Positions 12,621 through 26,234 of a DNA stretch of 64,000 nucleotides are shown here, one piece after another. Source of the stretch: Octopus vulgaris (Eukaryota); assembly GCA_951406725.2 (NCBI GenBank), contig OX597817.1, positions 148,614,001-148,678,000 of the forward strand. The letters are read 5' to 3'. The translations under genes and the position numbers were made by a program. The stretch's first letter is position 1, and each line of letters starts with the position of its first letter. Under the pieces are notes generated by a model. That model made no database searches, had not been told where the DNA came from, and worked only from the letters and a program-made list of their open reading frames with translations.

Positions 12621-13429
12621 GATGAAGTAGGAAATCGAACAATTGTTTTCAATAATGTGTTTCAATAATGTGATCAGAATACTCAGCGTTAGTTATATAA
12701 TTTACCCCTCTTTACTTATGTCTATTTGCACCTACGCCTTGGTAGAAAAATATTAAAACACTAAGTTATGCTATATTTACGGATCCACGGGAACTACATT
12801 GATTTATGTACATGGCCTCACATCATACATTAGCCAAGGTAACATTTCGTTGGTGCCGAAGTTTCATGCAGATGCACGGGTCTGTGGCATTTCTTCTATC
12901 TCGCAACCGGATGAAGAATTCTAGCAAATCAGTGCTTGTCAATGTTCGTATACTTTTACCATACAGAAATTATATGTTATAGGCAGCTTTTATTTCGTAC
13001 AGCTTCTATTTCCTGCTTCTATATTGTTTTCAACGGTGATGAAAATGCCGACGAGGCTCTTCTGTATCACTCGAACAAAAACTTCATCCATCAAAATTCA
13101 CCATTCATTTGACGAAATTCGCGAAGTGTATGCACAAATAGAAACTGTCGTTTTTGTTCAACGTTGTGGTACAAATTATTAAAATTCACATTTTAAAACT
13201 GATTCGTCTATCCTTACTTTGTTGTGTGTAATGCGTGATCTTGCCGTAAAATAAAAATTTTCTCATTCACCAGACACGGCCTCTTCATTACAGCGTCTAC
13301 GTTTACTTGCTACTTGTCTCTACCTTCCCCCACCCGTCACGAGAGGAATGGATGATCCTTCTGAGTGGAGCTGTTGTAGACAAAAATGAAAAAAAAAATT
13401 ACTTTTAAGTGGTTGATAATAGATTTTTA

Positions 13430-13578
13430 TTCTGAGAATTTAACAGTTTGATAACATGAAAGTATATAACAATTTTGAATGTTCGCAAATGTAAGGTGGG
13501 ACAATCCGTATAACTTACATATCGATTAAAATGTTATATATGGAGCGATAGACCACTCCCAGAAAATACAAAAATTCG
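13430..13578 (+). repeat. Unclassified dispersed repeat (second copy at 22868-23033)
   Basis: CTGAGAATTTAACAGTTTG...ACATATCGAT..GATAGACCACTCCC.AAAATACAAAAATT shared by both copies. Confidence 0.7.
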
Positions 13579-14124
13579 AAATTAAAGTTTTCAAGATGTG
13601 GGGGTATGAAGGTGAAAACAATAACAGAAATGATTGGAGCATGGTCATGATAAAAGGATTGGTCATGATAAAAAAAAGCATATGAACAAAAATGTAGAAG
13701 CTGTATCTGAGCACTTACCACTCTACACTATCCCCCCAAAATATCCCTGCTTAAATGTCAACCGCCCACATCCAACGCAAGTCATTATCAATTTAATAAT
13801 ACAACCCAAGCAAAACAATCCACAGGCACAAGACACGGTCTATATAACAAATATCCAATAAAATAAACAACAACCAGCAGCCTATTTTTTAACCAACGCA
13901 TTACACATACAACAAACAATACAAACACAAATAAAACGAAATACTGCACCAGAACCCATAACAAAAGAAAGTGACACAATACAATACTCGGCAGAGTTTA
14001 CACTCACACAACAACAAAAAAGGAACCCATAATGCTGCACGCATCCCAGCAGCACGAAGGTGTAGCAAGTGATGCAGTAGAAACTTGCCTGAAAAAAAAC
14101 TAACTGGTGAATAATAATAATAAT

Positions 14125-14184
<60 letters not shown>

Positions 14185-14207
14185 AATAACAATAATAATA
14201 ATAATAA
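13564..14207 (+). pseudogene. 3' fragment of an R4/Dong-clade (RLE) non-LTR retrotransposon with (AAT)/(AAC)n tail
   Basis: KYKN-EIKVFKMWG-MKVKTITEMIGA..VMIKK resembles the Dong RLE C-terminus (KYKDLEIEV.RMW....IPII.GALG.IKK); A/C-rich 3'UTR ends in (AAT)n. Confidence 0.55.
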
Positions 14208-14375
14208 TGCCCTGGTGCCGTACCAGGCAGGGGCTCTCTTGGCTTCTGATCTTAACTGATTGGAAGTGTTATCACGTACACTGTTTTCGTCATGATATAA
14301 AAGATGGACTACAGCAAATATTCTACTCAATACCACAGATTTGCTTGTCAGTTGCTTGACCCTAACCAGTTGACC
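14205..14375 (+). mobile_element. 5' part of an (AAT)n-associated non-autonomous element (family E)
   Basis: GATCTTAACTGATTGGAAGTGTTATCA...GCAAATATTCT..TCAATACC shared with 33685-34225 and 31997-32506. Confidence 0.8.
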
Positions 14376-14377
14376 AT

Positions 14378-14620
<243 letters not shown>

Positions 14621-14910
14621 TAGAAGCAAAATCTCAGTCAGAGTTTATGAGACTCTGAACTTTTCGTTTTAAAACCTTGTAGAAAAAAAACAAGATATGT
14701 TATACACCCAATGCACGAAGAAATACATTAGAAAAAGTTACTGTTTAGTAATATGGTTTAGAGTACCTATTTAGAAAAGTGCAGTATTTTGAAATTCAAA
14801 ACTGCGTTTAAAATATAGGATTAAAATTTAATATCATGACCTAGATGCTGTAGAGCCCATTACAACCGTCTCTCGTACGGTTTAGGTGAAACTATTATGA
14901 AATAGTCAAT

Positions 14911-15366
14911 AGTCGCAGGAGTGGCTGTGTGGTAAGTAGCTTGCTAACCAGCCGCATGGTTCCGGATTCAGTCCCACTGCATGGCATCTTGGGCTAGTGT
15001 CTTCTGCTATAGCCCCGGGCCGACCAGTGCCTTGTGAGCGGATTTGGTAGACGGAAACTGAAAGAAGCCTGTCGTATATATGTATATATATATATATATA
15101 TAAATATATATATATATAAATATATATATATATGTATGTGTGTTGTTTGTGTGTCTGTGTTTGTCCCCCTAGCATTGCTTGACAACCGATGCTGGTGTGT
15201 TTAAGTCCCCGTTACTTAGCAGTTCGGCAAAAGAGACCGATAGAATAAGTATTGGGCTTACAAAAGAATAAGTCCCGGGGTCGAGTTGCGCGATTAAAGG
15301 TGGTGCTCCAGCATGGCCGCAGTCAAATGACTGAAACAAGTAAAAGAGTAAAGAGAGTAAAGAGAG
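14911..15366 (+). mobile_element. SINE family A (full length)
   Basis: GCAGGAGTGGCTGTGTGGTAAG head, internal (TA/TG)n, tail GTAAAAGAGTAAAGAGAG. Confidence 0.9.
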
Positions 15367-15882
15367 TCATCGACTGAAGGTTTACTGCCAGCAATTTCTC
15401 TAGGATATAACCGATTCCTGTGGTTGAATATATTTTAAACATTTATAGACACAAGAAAATATCGGGTACTAGAAGAACAGAAAGTATACTAATACATATT
15501 CCTATATGGATTAAAGTATCTTAATTGAGTATCCGGATGATATAAAAATGGATCAATTTTAAGATTAGCTACATACACTTATTCTCCAATTGGGTAAGTG
15601 TGACAGACAAAGTAGACGACATTTCATCGTTAGAAACATGAGCGTGACTGACGAATGCAAATGTACAGCAACAAAGAAACACACACGCACACACGCACAA
15701 TGCAAATCTTCCCAGCACAGAACTACACCTTGGATTCTCTCTCCCTCCCTCTATCTATCTCCCTCCCTCTCTCTCTTCCTCCCTCTCTATATTCCTCCCT
15801 CACTCTCTCTCCCTCCATCTCTCTCTCCCCCTCTCTCTCCCCCTCTCTCTCCCTCTCTCTCTCTGTATATATGTATATATAT

Positions 15883-16096
15883 ATCTATATATATATAAAA
15901 CTGAGAATGTGAGTGTGTCTGTCTGTCTGTCTGTCTGTGTGTTTCCCTAAACCTTGAGAACTACACAACCAATTTCATTCAAATTTTACACATGCCTTAC
16001 TTAGGGGCCATGTAGTTTCATAGGCAAAAAAAATGTTCAACTTCTTGCCTAGAGCGAGCCCATAGCAATATCATATCTTCTCCACTATTTCAGTAT
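15883..16096 (+). mobile_element. 5' part of a non-autonomous Helitron-type element
   Basis: TCTATATATATATAAAA start, (GTCT)n, then AACCAATTTCATTCAAATTTTACAC; same layout as 34351-34789. Confidence 0.55.
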
Positions 16097-16097
16097 T

Positions 16098-16259
16098 GGT
16101 GTGTTTACGTCCTCGTTACTTAGCGGTTCGACAAAAGAGATCGATAGAATAAGTACTGGGCTTACAAAGAATAAGTCTCGGGGTCGACTTGCTCGACTAA
16201 AGGCGGTGCTCCAGCATGGCCGCAGTCAAATGACTGAAACAAGTAAAAGAGTAAAGAGT
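16098..16259 (+). mobile_element. SINE family A, 3' half
   Basis: GGTGTGTTTACGTCC...ACTTAGCGGTTCG...GTAAAAGAGTAAAGAG. Confidence 0.85.
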
Positions 16260-16353
16260 ATATAGATGTACATGTAATACGTACACATATATATATACAC
16301 ATATATACATGCACTAGCACAATGACCCGGCAACAACGGGTCTTTAATGCTAG

Positions 16354-16425
<72 letters not shown>

Positions 16426-16428
<3 letters not shown>

Positions 16429-18053
16429 TTGCGGTCAAAATGTTCAGAACGGCATTGTTTTCGTCAGAAAAGTAAGTATAAGTTTTTATCAAAGTAGGTT
16501 TATATTCTATAATTTTCACAGACAATAAATACAATATTAATTGTTATTGTCTGGGATTTTAGTGTAATTTGAGTGGATAATATAAAAGTTATGGATGATT
16601 TAGTGATTTACTGCAAAACCCATGGCGGCCAAAATGATCAGAATGGTTGAAAAATAACAAAATAATCAAAAATGACAGAAAATACTGGAATTATTTAATA
16701 TTTAGTGTGAAGCCCTTTAGCTTCAATCACACTCTGACATCTTCGAGTGCATGAGGAAATTAAATTTTCAATTTCTTGCTGGGTGATCTTATTCCATTCT
16801 TCCTGAAGGGCATTCCATAATTGCTCAGTTGTTTTAGGATTTCTGGCTTTCGAACGTTCTCCCAGAATATTCCATACATTTTCAATAGGATTGAGATCTG
16901 AGCTTTGAGCCGGCCAATCCATAATAATAACCTTTTCAGCCTTGAGGAAGTTCATGACCACCTTAGCCTTGTGACATGGGGCATTGTCCAGCATGAATAT
17001 GGGTGGTCGCTTAGTTGAATTCCTCAGCACAGGCAAGACATGATCTTTTACAAGTTGCTTATAAACTTCTGCATTTACCTTTCTATGTAATCGCACCAAA
17101 GGGCCCACACCATCTCCAGATATCATCCCCCAAACCATGACACTTCCTCCACTGAATTTAACACTAGTTTTAAGGCATTGAGGCGACAATTTTTCACCTA
17201 CTTTTCTACGAACATACCTTTTCCCGTCTGAGCCAAATAACATAAACTTAGATTCATCACTGAAATGCACCGTTTGCCAATTTTTGTTGAGACCACACAC
17301 ATGTTCGGTTGCAAAGGTAAGACGACACTTTTTATTCTTGGAGCTGATCAGTAGCTTCACTGCAGGTGCTCTTGCTTGCAGGTCATGTTCAACTAAACGA
17401 CGAGACACAGTTTTTCGAGATAAAGTTTACTTCAATACAATGCTCATTTTCCGAGAAACAGCAGCAGCAATTTTAAATCTGTCCTTTTTAACCAACTTTA
17501 CTATAGCACGATCTTCTCTCTTGGTCGTTTTTCTTGGCCTACCTGTAAACTTTCTTGCTTCACACGAACCACAGTCATCGCAAACCTTAAGGATACCGTG
17601 AACAACACTTTGTGAGTTGTTAACAATCTTTGCAATAGATACAATACTTAAATTATCCTTCCTTCGAAGCTTAATAATCTGCTGACGAATTGGTAACGGA
17701 GTAAGTGGCATTATATTAACAAAGTACACTGCAAATATTCTTACTAATGTTTAGTAAACGAACCGTCACGTAAACAAATTCAAAACATTAGAGTTCGCCG
17801 GTTAAATATACTAAAACACAGCGTAAAAGCAACCGTACTGATCATTTTGGCCGCCATGGGTTTTGCAGTAAATCACTAAATCATCCATAACTTTTGTAGT
17901 ATCCTCTTAAATTACACCAAAATCTCAGGCAATAACAAATAATATCGTATTTATTGTCTGTAAAAATTATAGAATATAAAACAACTTTGATAAAAGATTA
18001 TATCTACTTTTCTTACGAAAACAATGCCGTTCTGAACATTTTGGCTGCCACTG
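16426..18053 (-). mobile_element. Tc1-family DNA transposon (1628 bp), IR/DR-type TIRs of about 224 bp, TA target
   Basis: TA|CAGTTGCGGTCAAAATGTTCAGAACGG ... CCGTTCTGAACATTTTGGCTGCCACTG|TA; TIRs 16426-16649 and 17831-18053; inner DR CGGCCAAAATGATCAG. Confidence 0.95.
16695..17711 (-). pseudogene. Tc1 transposase (DD34E), 338 codons with one in-frame TAA
   Basis: HTH region, GRPRK linker, FSDES, LDNAPCH, SSDLNPIENVW (34 aa between D and E); ORFs 17427-17729 and 16695-17408 are in the same frame, split by TAA at 17427-17429. Confidence 0.93.
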
Positions 18054-18476
18054 TATATATATATATATATATATTATGTGAAATAGAAAGATGAATAATC
18101 TTGTAGCAGATTAATCAAAAGTTTAACCGATACCTTGGTAGCAAAAATCACAGCAGAAGACAGTACGGTTGGAGGTACAACCATATGGTGTTGCAACCGT
18201 GCGTTGGTGCGGATAATTGAAATTAAAATATTATTAGTGAATTGAAGAAATGGAGCTGAACGAATATTCCTTAAATAGTCAGAACTTTATTCTCGGTCAC
18301 AAAGAACATCTACACCCCCCACCCACATGAATGACCGCTGCCTGACCCGTTAAATTCTTCAGCCACCGGTTCTCAACATACACTGATAAACAGTTTTGCC
18401 ATGGGCTCTTAGGAGCCTAGTTCGATTTGTTTTGCTCCGCCTGTGTTCTGTTTTTGTTTTTTCCAACGGATTTCCT

Positions 18477-18567
18477 ATTTCTTCCTGAAGAGAAAGACAC
18501 AATATGGTCTCATTATTCAATCGGATTTTGGTAAATTGTGCCTTTCGAAACACGTGTAGAATGAAAT
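18477..18567 (+). ncRNA. Minimal type-I hammerhead ribozyme, intact core
   Basis: ATTTCTTC-CTGAAGA-GAAAGACACAAT...ATTGTGCCTTTC-GAAAC-ACGT-GTA-GAATGAAAT; lies in the (TA)n-flanked segment 18075-18626, whose 18227-18266 is inverted at 18588-18626. Confidence 0.8.
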
Positions 18568-18621
18568 AAAACGATTTCTGTTCAATCTTCGTTCAGCTCC
18601 ATTTCTTCAATTCACCAATAA

Positions 18622-18658
<37 letters not shown>

Positions 18659-18695
18659 GTATGTATGTATGTATGTATGTATGTACATACATATA

Positions 18696-19099
18696 GGCGT
18701 AGGAGTGGCTGTGTGGTAAGTATATTGCTTACGAACCACGTGGGTCCGGGTTCAGTCCCACTGCATGGCACCTTGAGCAAGTGTCTTCTACTATAGTCTG
18801 GAGTCGACCAAAGCCTTGTGAGCGGATTTGGTGGACGGAAACTGAAAGAAACCCGTCGTATATACGTATATAAGTATGTGTGTATATGTTTGTACGTCTG
18901 TGTGTGTCCCACCAACATCGCTTGACGACCGATGCTAGTGAGTTTACGTGCCCGTAACTTAGCGGTTAAGCAAAATAGACCGATAAAATAAATACTAGGC
19001 TTACAGAGAATAAGTCATGGGGTCGATTTGCTCGACTAATGGAGGTGCTCCAGCATGGCCACAGTCAAATTACTGAAACAAGTAAAGGAATAAAAGAGT
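18696..19099 (+). mobile_element. SINE family A (full length)
   Basis: GGCGTAGGAGTGGCTGTGTGGTAAG...GAAACAAGTAAAGGAATAAAAGAG. Confidence 0.9.
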
Positions 19100-20501
19100 A
19101 TATATACATATACATACATATGTGTGTGTGCGTGTGTGTGTGTGTGTGTGTTGAGTGACTTTACGCGATTGGAACAATGCATATAAAACAATTAATTTAA
19201 AAAGAAAATAAACTAGGTGGTTCCTCTTCTCTTGAGGAAATTAGGGGCGTAATGGATGGCGTGACTGGCAATTGGAACATTTAAATATTAATGCTTATTT
19301 AAATGTCAATTTAGAATTCGTGGACATCATTAATATTAATTTAAGCGTATGCATTAATAATCGTTAAAATATGTGGGAGTTTAAAATCTAGAAGTATAAA
19401 GTGTGTGATATCCAGCCCAGAAGACAATGGCGGGTAACTAACCACCTGGTGTCTTGATCAAACGTGTTTATTTTCAAAGGCGTATCAGACATTACCACCC
19501 TCTATCAATATTATCAATATTAAAACCGGCCCTATATTTGTTATATAATGATGTGTTAAAATATATTTATATAAGTTAGAAGGGCTAGAGATTTGGCTGC
19601 TACCGAGCGACTGCATCAAAGGTTCCCCCTCGTCAGCCCGCCAATGGTATGTGTTGGTGTTATGTTCATAGGGAAGGTACTTATATATCCAGATTCAGTC
19701 CCACCAGGTGTAATAAGATGAAGGTGATATTTTTGGCTGCTATATATATTGGCAAGACACCAATATAATTAGATTCATAGATTCAATTAAAAAACAAATT
19801 TGTCGCGATTTCCTACGGTATATAAATATAATTGCACATGATTCCTCTTTTTTTTTATTTCTTCTTTTATTTGACTTGGCGGGATTTGTAACCTCGTTAC
19901 TGAATAAAATTTCTAATTTTTAAGAAAATTGCTCATATCAAATGTATCACTTAACCCGTACCCTGGCACTGTGAAATTCTTGTATGCAATTTTTCTTTTT
20001 AAAATTAAATATCATATATTGACATTCGGACTAATTGATGTTTATATTAAATATTATCATCAATTCATAAAATAAAACAGCGAAATAATTATCGTGCCTA
20101 ATACAATCATCAGCCAAGCTATGGTAGTCGTTAGAATTGTAGTAGTACAAATATTGATGGTGACAGTAATGTTGCTAAGGAATTACTATGATGTTGCCTA
20201 TGATGGGGTATGAGCCCATGTTCCTTCGTTGTAGTACATGAACAGTATTCATTACTTTTTTTTATCTTCTGTGCGAATACACATTATTACACAAGCAGTT
20301 ACAAGAAAAAAACATTTTCTTACATGGAAATTATTGTAAATTCATTTATTTTCAACTGGTTACATTTAAACATTTTCTCGTACGACAACTTTATATGTAT
20401 ATGTACATGTATATACATATTTGAGTATATGTGTATATACATATATATATATACATATGTGTGTGTGTATAAATATAATGTGACAATTATTCGGTAAACA
20501 T

Positions 20502-20562
20502 GATAAAACTCCGAGTTTCGGATGTTGGGGCGGAAACCCACGCCAGGATCTCTTCAGCTATC
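20502..20562 (-). ncRNA. Minimal hammerhead motif
   Basis: Reverse complement: GATAG-CTGAAGA-GATCCTGGCG..CGCCCCAACATCC-GAAAC-TCGGA-GTT-TTATC; flanked by TA-rich microsatellites. Confidence 0.65.
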
Positions 20563-20653
20563 GAGCCATGGAAAAAAATGCTATGAAAATCTTTTCCTCT
20601 ATTTACATCATATCAAGGTCTCTTTCATTCTTTTTTTGTCTTGCCATTTCTAT

Positions 20654-20692
<39 letters not shown>

Positions 20693-22736
20693 CATGTGTG
20701 TATATGTATGTTTGCATGTTATCAATAACAATGATTGTTTGTAGATAGGTGTCACAAGTTATCATTAAAATCTAATCAAAATGCTTTGGAATGCTTGTAT
20801 GTATAACAAGAGTAAAAATTATTAATTATAGAAACACTGTGATTTGTAGCTGAATTACGACGAACACAATAGCTTTTCTATTTAAGTTCGGTTTCTGTCG
20901 AAGCATAAATCCTTTTAGTGTTAGATGTAACTTCTAAATTAATACACGTAACTGAAATTAAAAGAAAATGGAGAGTATTCAGTAATTTATTTCTACACGG
21001 CTTTATAACGTGATTTATAAAAAAGATACTTTTTCCTAATGGCTATAGAGAGAAAGAGTGTTACCCTAGAAGTTATGTCATGTATTATTCCAGATAAGAT
21101 TCAGATCATTAATATTTATCAGATCGATTACACGTCTACATTAATATATCAGAAATATTGCTTTTTATTTTCAGTATTTTTTCTTTAGTTTTATTTTAAA
21201 AAGCTTTCTTTTTTTCTCATCTGACTACTCGGTTGTTGTTTATTCATGCAATCCAATTTTAAATATTCCATGTTCTATGGCTTCTGTTTACGTTTCCGTC
21301 CTAACAGAGTTTATAAAATAATCAACCCGTGAAAAATGAAACGCGAAACTAAGTAGTGAACGAAACAGGCCTTTCAATTATTTAAAAGGAAACTTGATTC
21401 CTGATTCGATAATGTTTTATTTTTATTTTTTGAAAAATGAAATTATTTCGAAGGAAATACAAAATCATTGTTATTTTCAGAATAACAGTTTTGATAACAC
21501 AATAACTTGCGCTTTAATTTCAGGGAAGAAAATTAATATTTAATAGAATGCTCATTACGTGTTTGTTTGCTTTTGTCCGTCATCTTCAATTAATATCGCC
21601 GTCTTTTTGGGTTTTTTTTTCATTGTTCATTATTGTTTTGATTTGTTTATCAATTAGATTGCATTTATTGTATTGGAAATAAATCAACCTGGCTAGAGAA
21701 AGATATGTTATTAAGGAACTTGTGCATACGGTTTGTAATGGCACTGCTGTGGTTTATAACGACTGTAGCGCGGGTTATAAAGAAATAACTAGCCACTGCT
21801 GTACACACTACAATAAAGTTATGTTTATGATTGTTTCACCGACTGAAGAGCATAATTTTATAACGATAATGTGCGAACAATTGGTTATTTACGATGTTAT
21901 GTTCAGAAACTCTAGTTACATGTTATTCTCAATTACGGTATCACATGTTGAAATAATTTTTGCAGTTTCCAACAAAAAAAAAATTGAAAATAAAAACGTG
22001 TGAGCAGGAATTAAAACTAGGATGATGGCTTCGAATACATCTGGACCATAATGGTTCCGTGTAGTTTTTATCTCGGGTGAAAGAAAGATAACACGTTGTA
22101 GTATTATATCAGCTCTTTTATTTCTGCTTGCTTTAATCAATGATGTTGTTGCTGTTGTTTGAGCAGCAGACTAACTTATAAGCAAAGGTATCCCGTCCTT
22201 TAGCGAAATGTATTACCCAACATGTCTGTTTAGTCGATAGAATTTAATACAAGTGATTTGGTCACTATTTATAGCCGAATGAGCTTCATATTTGCGCATG
22301 TGATTGATGTAGGTTTTAGTAGCATTGTACTTGAGTATTATAAATAACTATCGAATCAAACAGATCGCTATGATTGATGTTCGTTTGAATTGCTAGTGAT
22401 TAGATACACTTACTTCATTTCCTCCAATATCACAGCATTGGGACCCATGCAGCGACGTGAGCGTATTTGCTACCGTCAGCAATCACACCAATATTCAAAT
22501 GTGATAACAAGCAAGTGCGTGGCAAGTCAGGAAACGGAAGAACGTTACGCCATGCTGGCACGATTTACTAGCTTACAATTTTGAAATGTTTACAAAATTC
22601 TACTTTGTTTCAGACCACCTAGAAATCACTACAGATTGAAATTAACTTAGAATTTTGTGAAATACACAAAGTTAGTCTTCTGTTCTGATGTCAGCATTGG
22701 GATTAAGCAGCATACATTTCAAATACATCTTTTGAA

Positions 22737-22801
<65 letters not shown>

Positions 22802-22867
22802 TAATAATAATAATAATAGTAATAATAAAAATTACTTTAAGCGGTTGATAAAAGATCGTCTCGTCAC

Positions 22868-23033
22868 TCTGAGAATTTAACAGTTTGTTCCCATGAAAAT
22901 ATATAACTATTTGTAAAACATAATTTACATATTCAAAAATTAAAATGTAAAGTGAAACAATCAGAATAATTTACATATCGATGAAATATGTCATTTATGA
23001 TCGATAGACCACTCCCATAAAATACAAAAATTT
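22868..23033 (+). repeat. Unclassified dispersed repeat (copy of 13430-13578)
   Basis: Shared sequence with 13430-13578. Confidence 0.7.
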
Positions 23034-23184
23034 ACCGGAACATATTTGTGTAAATCTACTCCAGATGCAATGTTGACGTTGATTAAGCATTGAATCAACA
23101 TTGATTTGAAATGTTGAATTAGCACTGATTACGATTCCTTTTAAAATAAACATTGATTTTGAATTCTGTTATTCCTTAGTTTCC

Positions 23185-23850
23185 TACTCCAGATATGTAG
23201 ATGACATTCTCATGCTGGCTTCTACTCGAGAGGAGGCAATTAGCATATTTAACATATTCATCAACGTCGACAAACACAGACTATGAAATTAAGCATCCCG
23301 ACGATACCGAATCCGTTCCTTTTCTATCTTTCTCTCTCTCTATTCAATTTCCGACTCGAAATCATACAGAATCATCCATTAATATCAGCTTCTAAAAGAA
23401 AGCTACCAGTAGGAGTCTATTCGTCTAAAACAAATCAGCCCTATCTAGCAGAGCCAAGACTAACTACTTACAAAATGGAAAAGAATTTTTACACAGACGC
23501 AGACAGTGAATAGTCTAATGCAATGGTAAACTATTCATCCTTCTATTCATTTTACCGCCCGCTATTCCTAGCCAACTCGTGCGTAGTGGGGGTGTATTCT
23601 CCCGACACATCCTCCAAAGATTCCCATCGGAAATAACTGTCATTAAACTATAGATCTTCCAAAATCAAGAAATTCCAAAAACGCCAAGACAAAGGTTGCA
23701 CAGCATTCTTGTTTGGATATTGGTTTCAGAAAATTATTCGAAATACGGTTGAACATTCCGACAATACTTGTTATTTAAGATTACTAAACTTGATGAAACA
23801 AACGTTGGAACTCACCAAGCCATCCGTAGAAAAGAACTGAATACGTAGAC
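23185..23850 (+). pseudogene. Decayed Penelope-like reverse transcriptase / C-terminal region (Naiad-like)
   Basis: Manual translation YSRYVDDILMLASTREEAISIFNIFINVDKH / YEIKHPDDTESVPFLSF / F*KKATSRSLFV*NKSALSSRAKTNYLQN; YVDD catalytic motif and PLE thumb motifs. Confidence 0.7.
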
Positions 23851-24343
23851 GGGATATACTGAACGTTGTATGCGAAAATACTTGTTTGAGCTTCGACTCT
23901 TATAGTAATAATGACCAAGCGTTACCCATCTTTCTTATTAACAATGTGAACATGTTTCTGAGCCTACGCAATGCATAATGTGATTTACAATAAGGACATC
24001 TAACATCGTTAGATTATTCGCAAAAGTTACATCTGCATTAAACTGGATATTCTTACAGATATTGCTTCTGTCAAACAACGAAAGAACGGTTATTTTCAAG
24101 GCCAAAGAAATAAATTCGCATATTATCAACAGACATTATCTAAACTGTGCTGATTAGATCATTTAACGCAGCTATTCTACACGTCACACATTTCTTCTTC
24201 AAAAAATTAGCGTTCGAATCGTAACTGTGTCGACGGAAGTGATAAATGAATTAGTATCGAAATATTTGAATACAAAGTCAAAATGTCAAAATATGTTACT
24301 TTTCATTTTGCATTCGTTCACTTACCCGCAAACCTGCGAATTC

Positions 24344-24432
<89 letters not shown>

Positions 24433-24437
24433 TAAGG

Positions 24438-24751
24438 AGCATTCCATCGGTTACGACGACGACGAGTTTTCCAGGTGATCCGATCAACGGAACAGCCTGC
24501 TCGTGAAATTAACTGACCACTCTACAGACGTGTGTACCCTTATCGTAGTCATCAGGGAGATTCAAGTGACACAGAGGGTGACAAGGCTGGTCCTTTGAAA
24601 TGCAGGTACAACTCATTTTTGCCAGTTGAGTGAACTGGAGCAAAGTGAAATAAAGTTTTTTGCTCAAGGATACAACGCGTCACCGGGAATTGAAATCACG
24701 ACCTTACGATCGTGAACCGAATGCTCTAACCACTAAGCCATGCACCTTCAC
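24438..24751 (-). mobile_element. SINE family C
   Basis: Reverse complement GTGAAGGTGCATGGCTTAGTGGTTAGAGCATTCGG...TCCTTGAGCA..ACTTTATTTCAC. Confidence 0.85.
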
Positions 24752-24757
24752 TGTATA

Positions 24758-24791
<34 letters not shown>

Positions 24792-25072
24792 CATACATAC
24801 ATCCACAAACATACATACACACACATACATATATATACATACATACATACATACATACATACATACATACATACATACATACATACATACAAAAATACCC
24901 TGTTGTTGATGTTAAAATTCCAATGAAGGGGCCTTGGATCTAAGTTAGAAACCGGTTCTTTCTCTGTTGACAACAAATCTTGAAGCAAACTGAATAATGA
25001 TTTACATATACATAGATATTAACACACATGTATATACACGCACCCCTCCACACACACACATATATATATATA

Positions 25073-25107
<35 letters not shown>

Positions 25108-25872
25108 GGTCCCAAGGTGGTTTTTGCAATGTCAATTCATTTGTTCGATCAGCTGAATAATCTGCTCAATGAATTAACCTCGATGAATTAACAATTTATC
25201 GGACGTTCAGTATATTTTCTCTCAACTCGATTTCGCTCAAGAGACATGGGTTGGCACGAAGCTACGGAAAATGTCATGGTCATAAGATGTCTCGCAGTGG
25301 GACGAAACCCGGAACTGACCAGTCGCAAACCCATCTTCTGTGCCTTTAGCTTTACTGCACATTATGTATGTCCATATGTGCTTGTGTGCATTCGAGCGCA
25401 CCCACGCATATCCTCGTAAATATACAAATGTATAGCCTATGGCAAAAAGTAAATAAGTTTTCTTTACAGATATATGTAAATTATATTATATGAAAATTAT
25501 AACTTATATGAAGCTTATCACCTTTTTTGAGCTACATGAGTTTAACACACGTGGGCATGTCTACAAAGTCAGAAAACAGCACAGCTCCCATGACTTTTCG
25601 AAATATTTTGTTACATTCAGAGTTGCTAAAGCAAGGAACAAACAACCTGTATCAGTTGTTAGTTGCTAAGACATTGCATCCTTTAAAACCCCTGTTTCCT
25701 GAAATTCGCAAACACTACACCTGATATCCCCACTTCAATATGCATGCACACGTGTATATCATGACTCATACACAGTTCAGTGTCCTGACATTTGTACATA
25801 ATTCTATGTACTGTACATGCATCTTTGCTGAGTTGTGATGCACCTGAGCAATATACACAATAATACCATTAT

Positions 25873-26210
25873 TATTTGCCCCGCCTTAGCGAAAGCGGGG
25901 GAGTTGTTTTCAGCCGTGTTTGTTTGTTTGTCTGTGGACAAGATATCTCAAGAACCGTAGAATGGATCCAAATGAAACTTTCAGAGATGTTTATTCGCGT
26001 GACTAGCACGAAGTGATTAGATTCTGGGATCTATCAGATACCGGACAAGGATTCTGGTTTATTTTTCCGCGTTTTTTTTACGTAATTTTTGAGAGCGGTT
26101 GGGCTCATTTTCAGTATTAATATTTGTGAGAGAAGTCGAGTTTATTTCAGATATTCCCATTTTAAAAATCATCCCTGGTTAATCGTTGAGAGGACGTTGG
26201 TGTTGCTTTC
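25873..26210 (+). mobile_element. Helentron-associated (HINE/DINE-like) non-autonomous element
   Basis: T-rich site, short IR CCCGC..GCGGG, (GTTT)n, then GATATCTCAAGAACC..ATGAAACTTTCAG core. Confidence 0.5.
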
Positions 26211-26234
26211 TTTTTTTATTTTTTAATAAAGTTA

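Noticed and set aside
17284-17601. 105-aa plus-strand ORF
   Set aside because: Antisense shadow of the Tc1 transposase.
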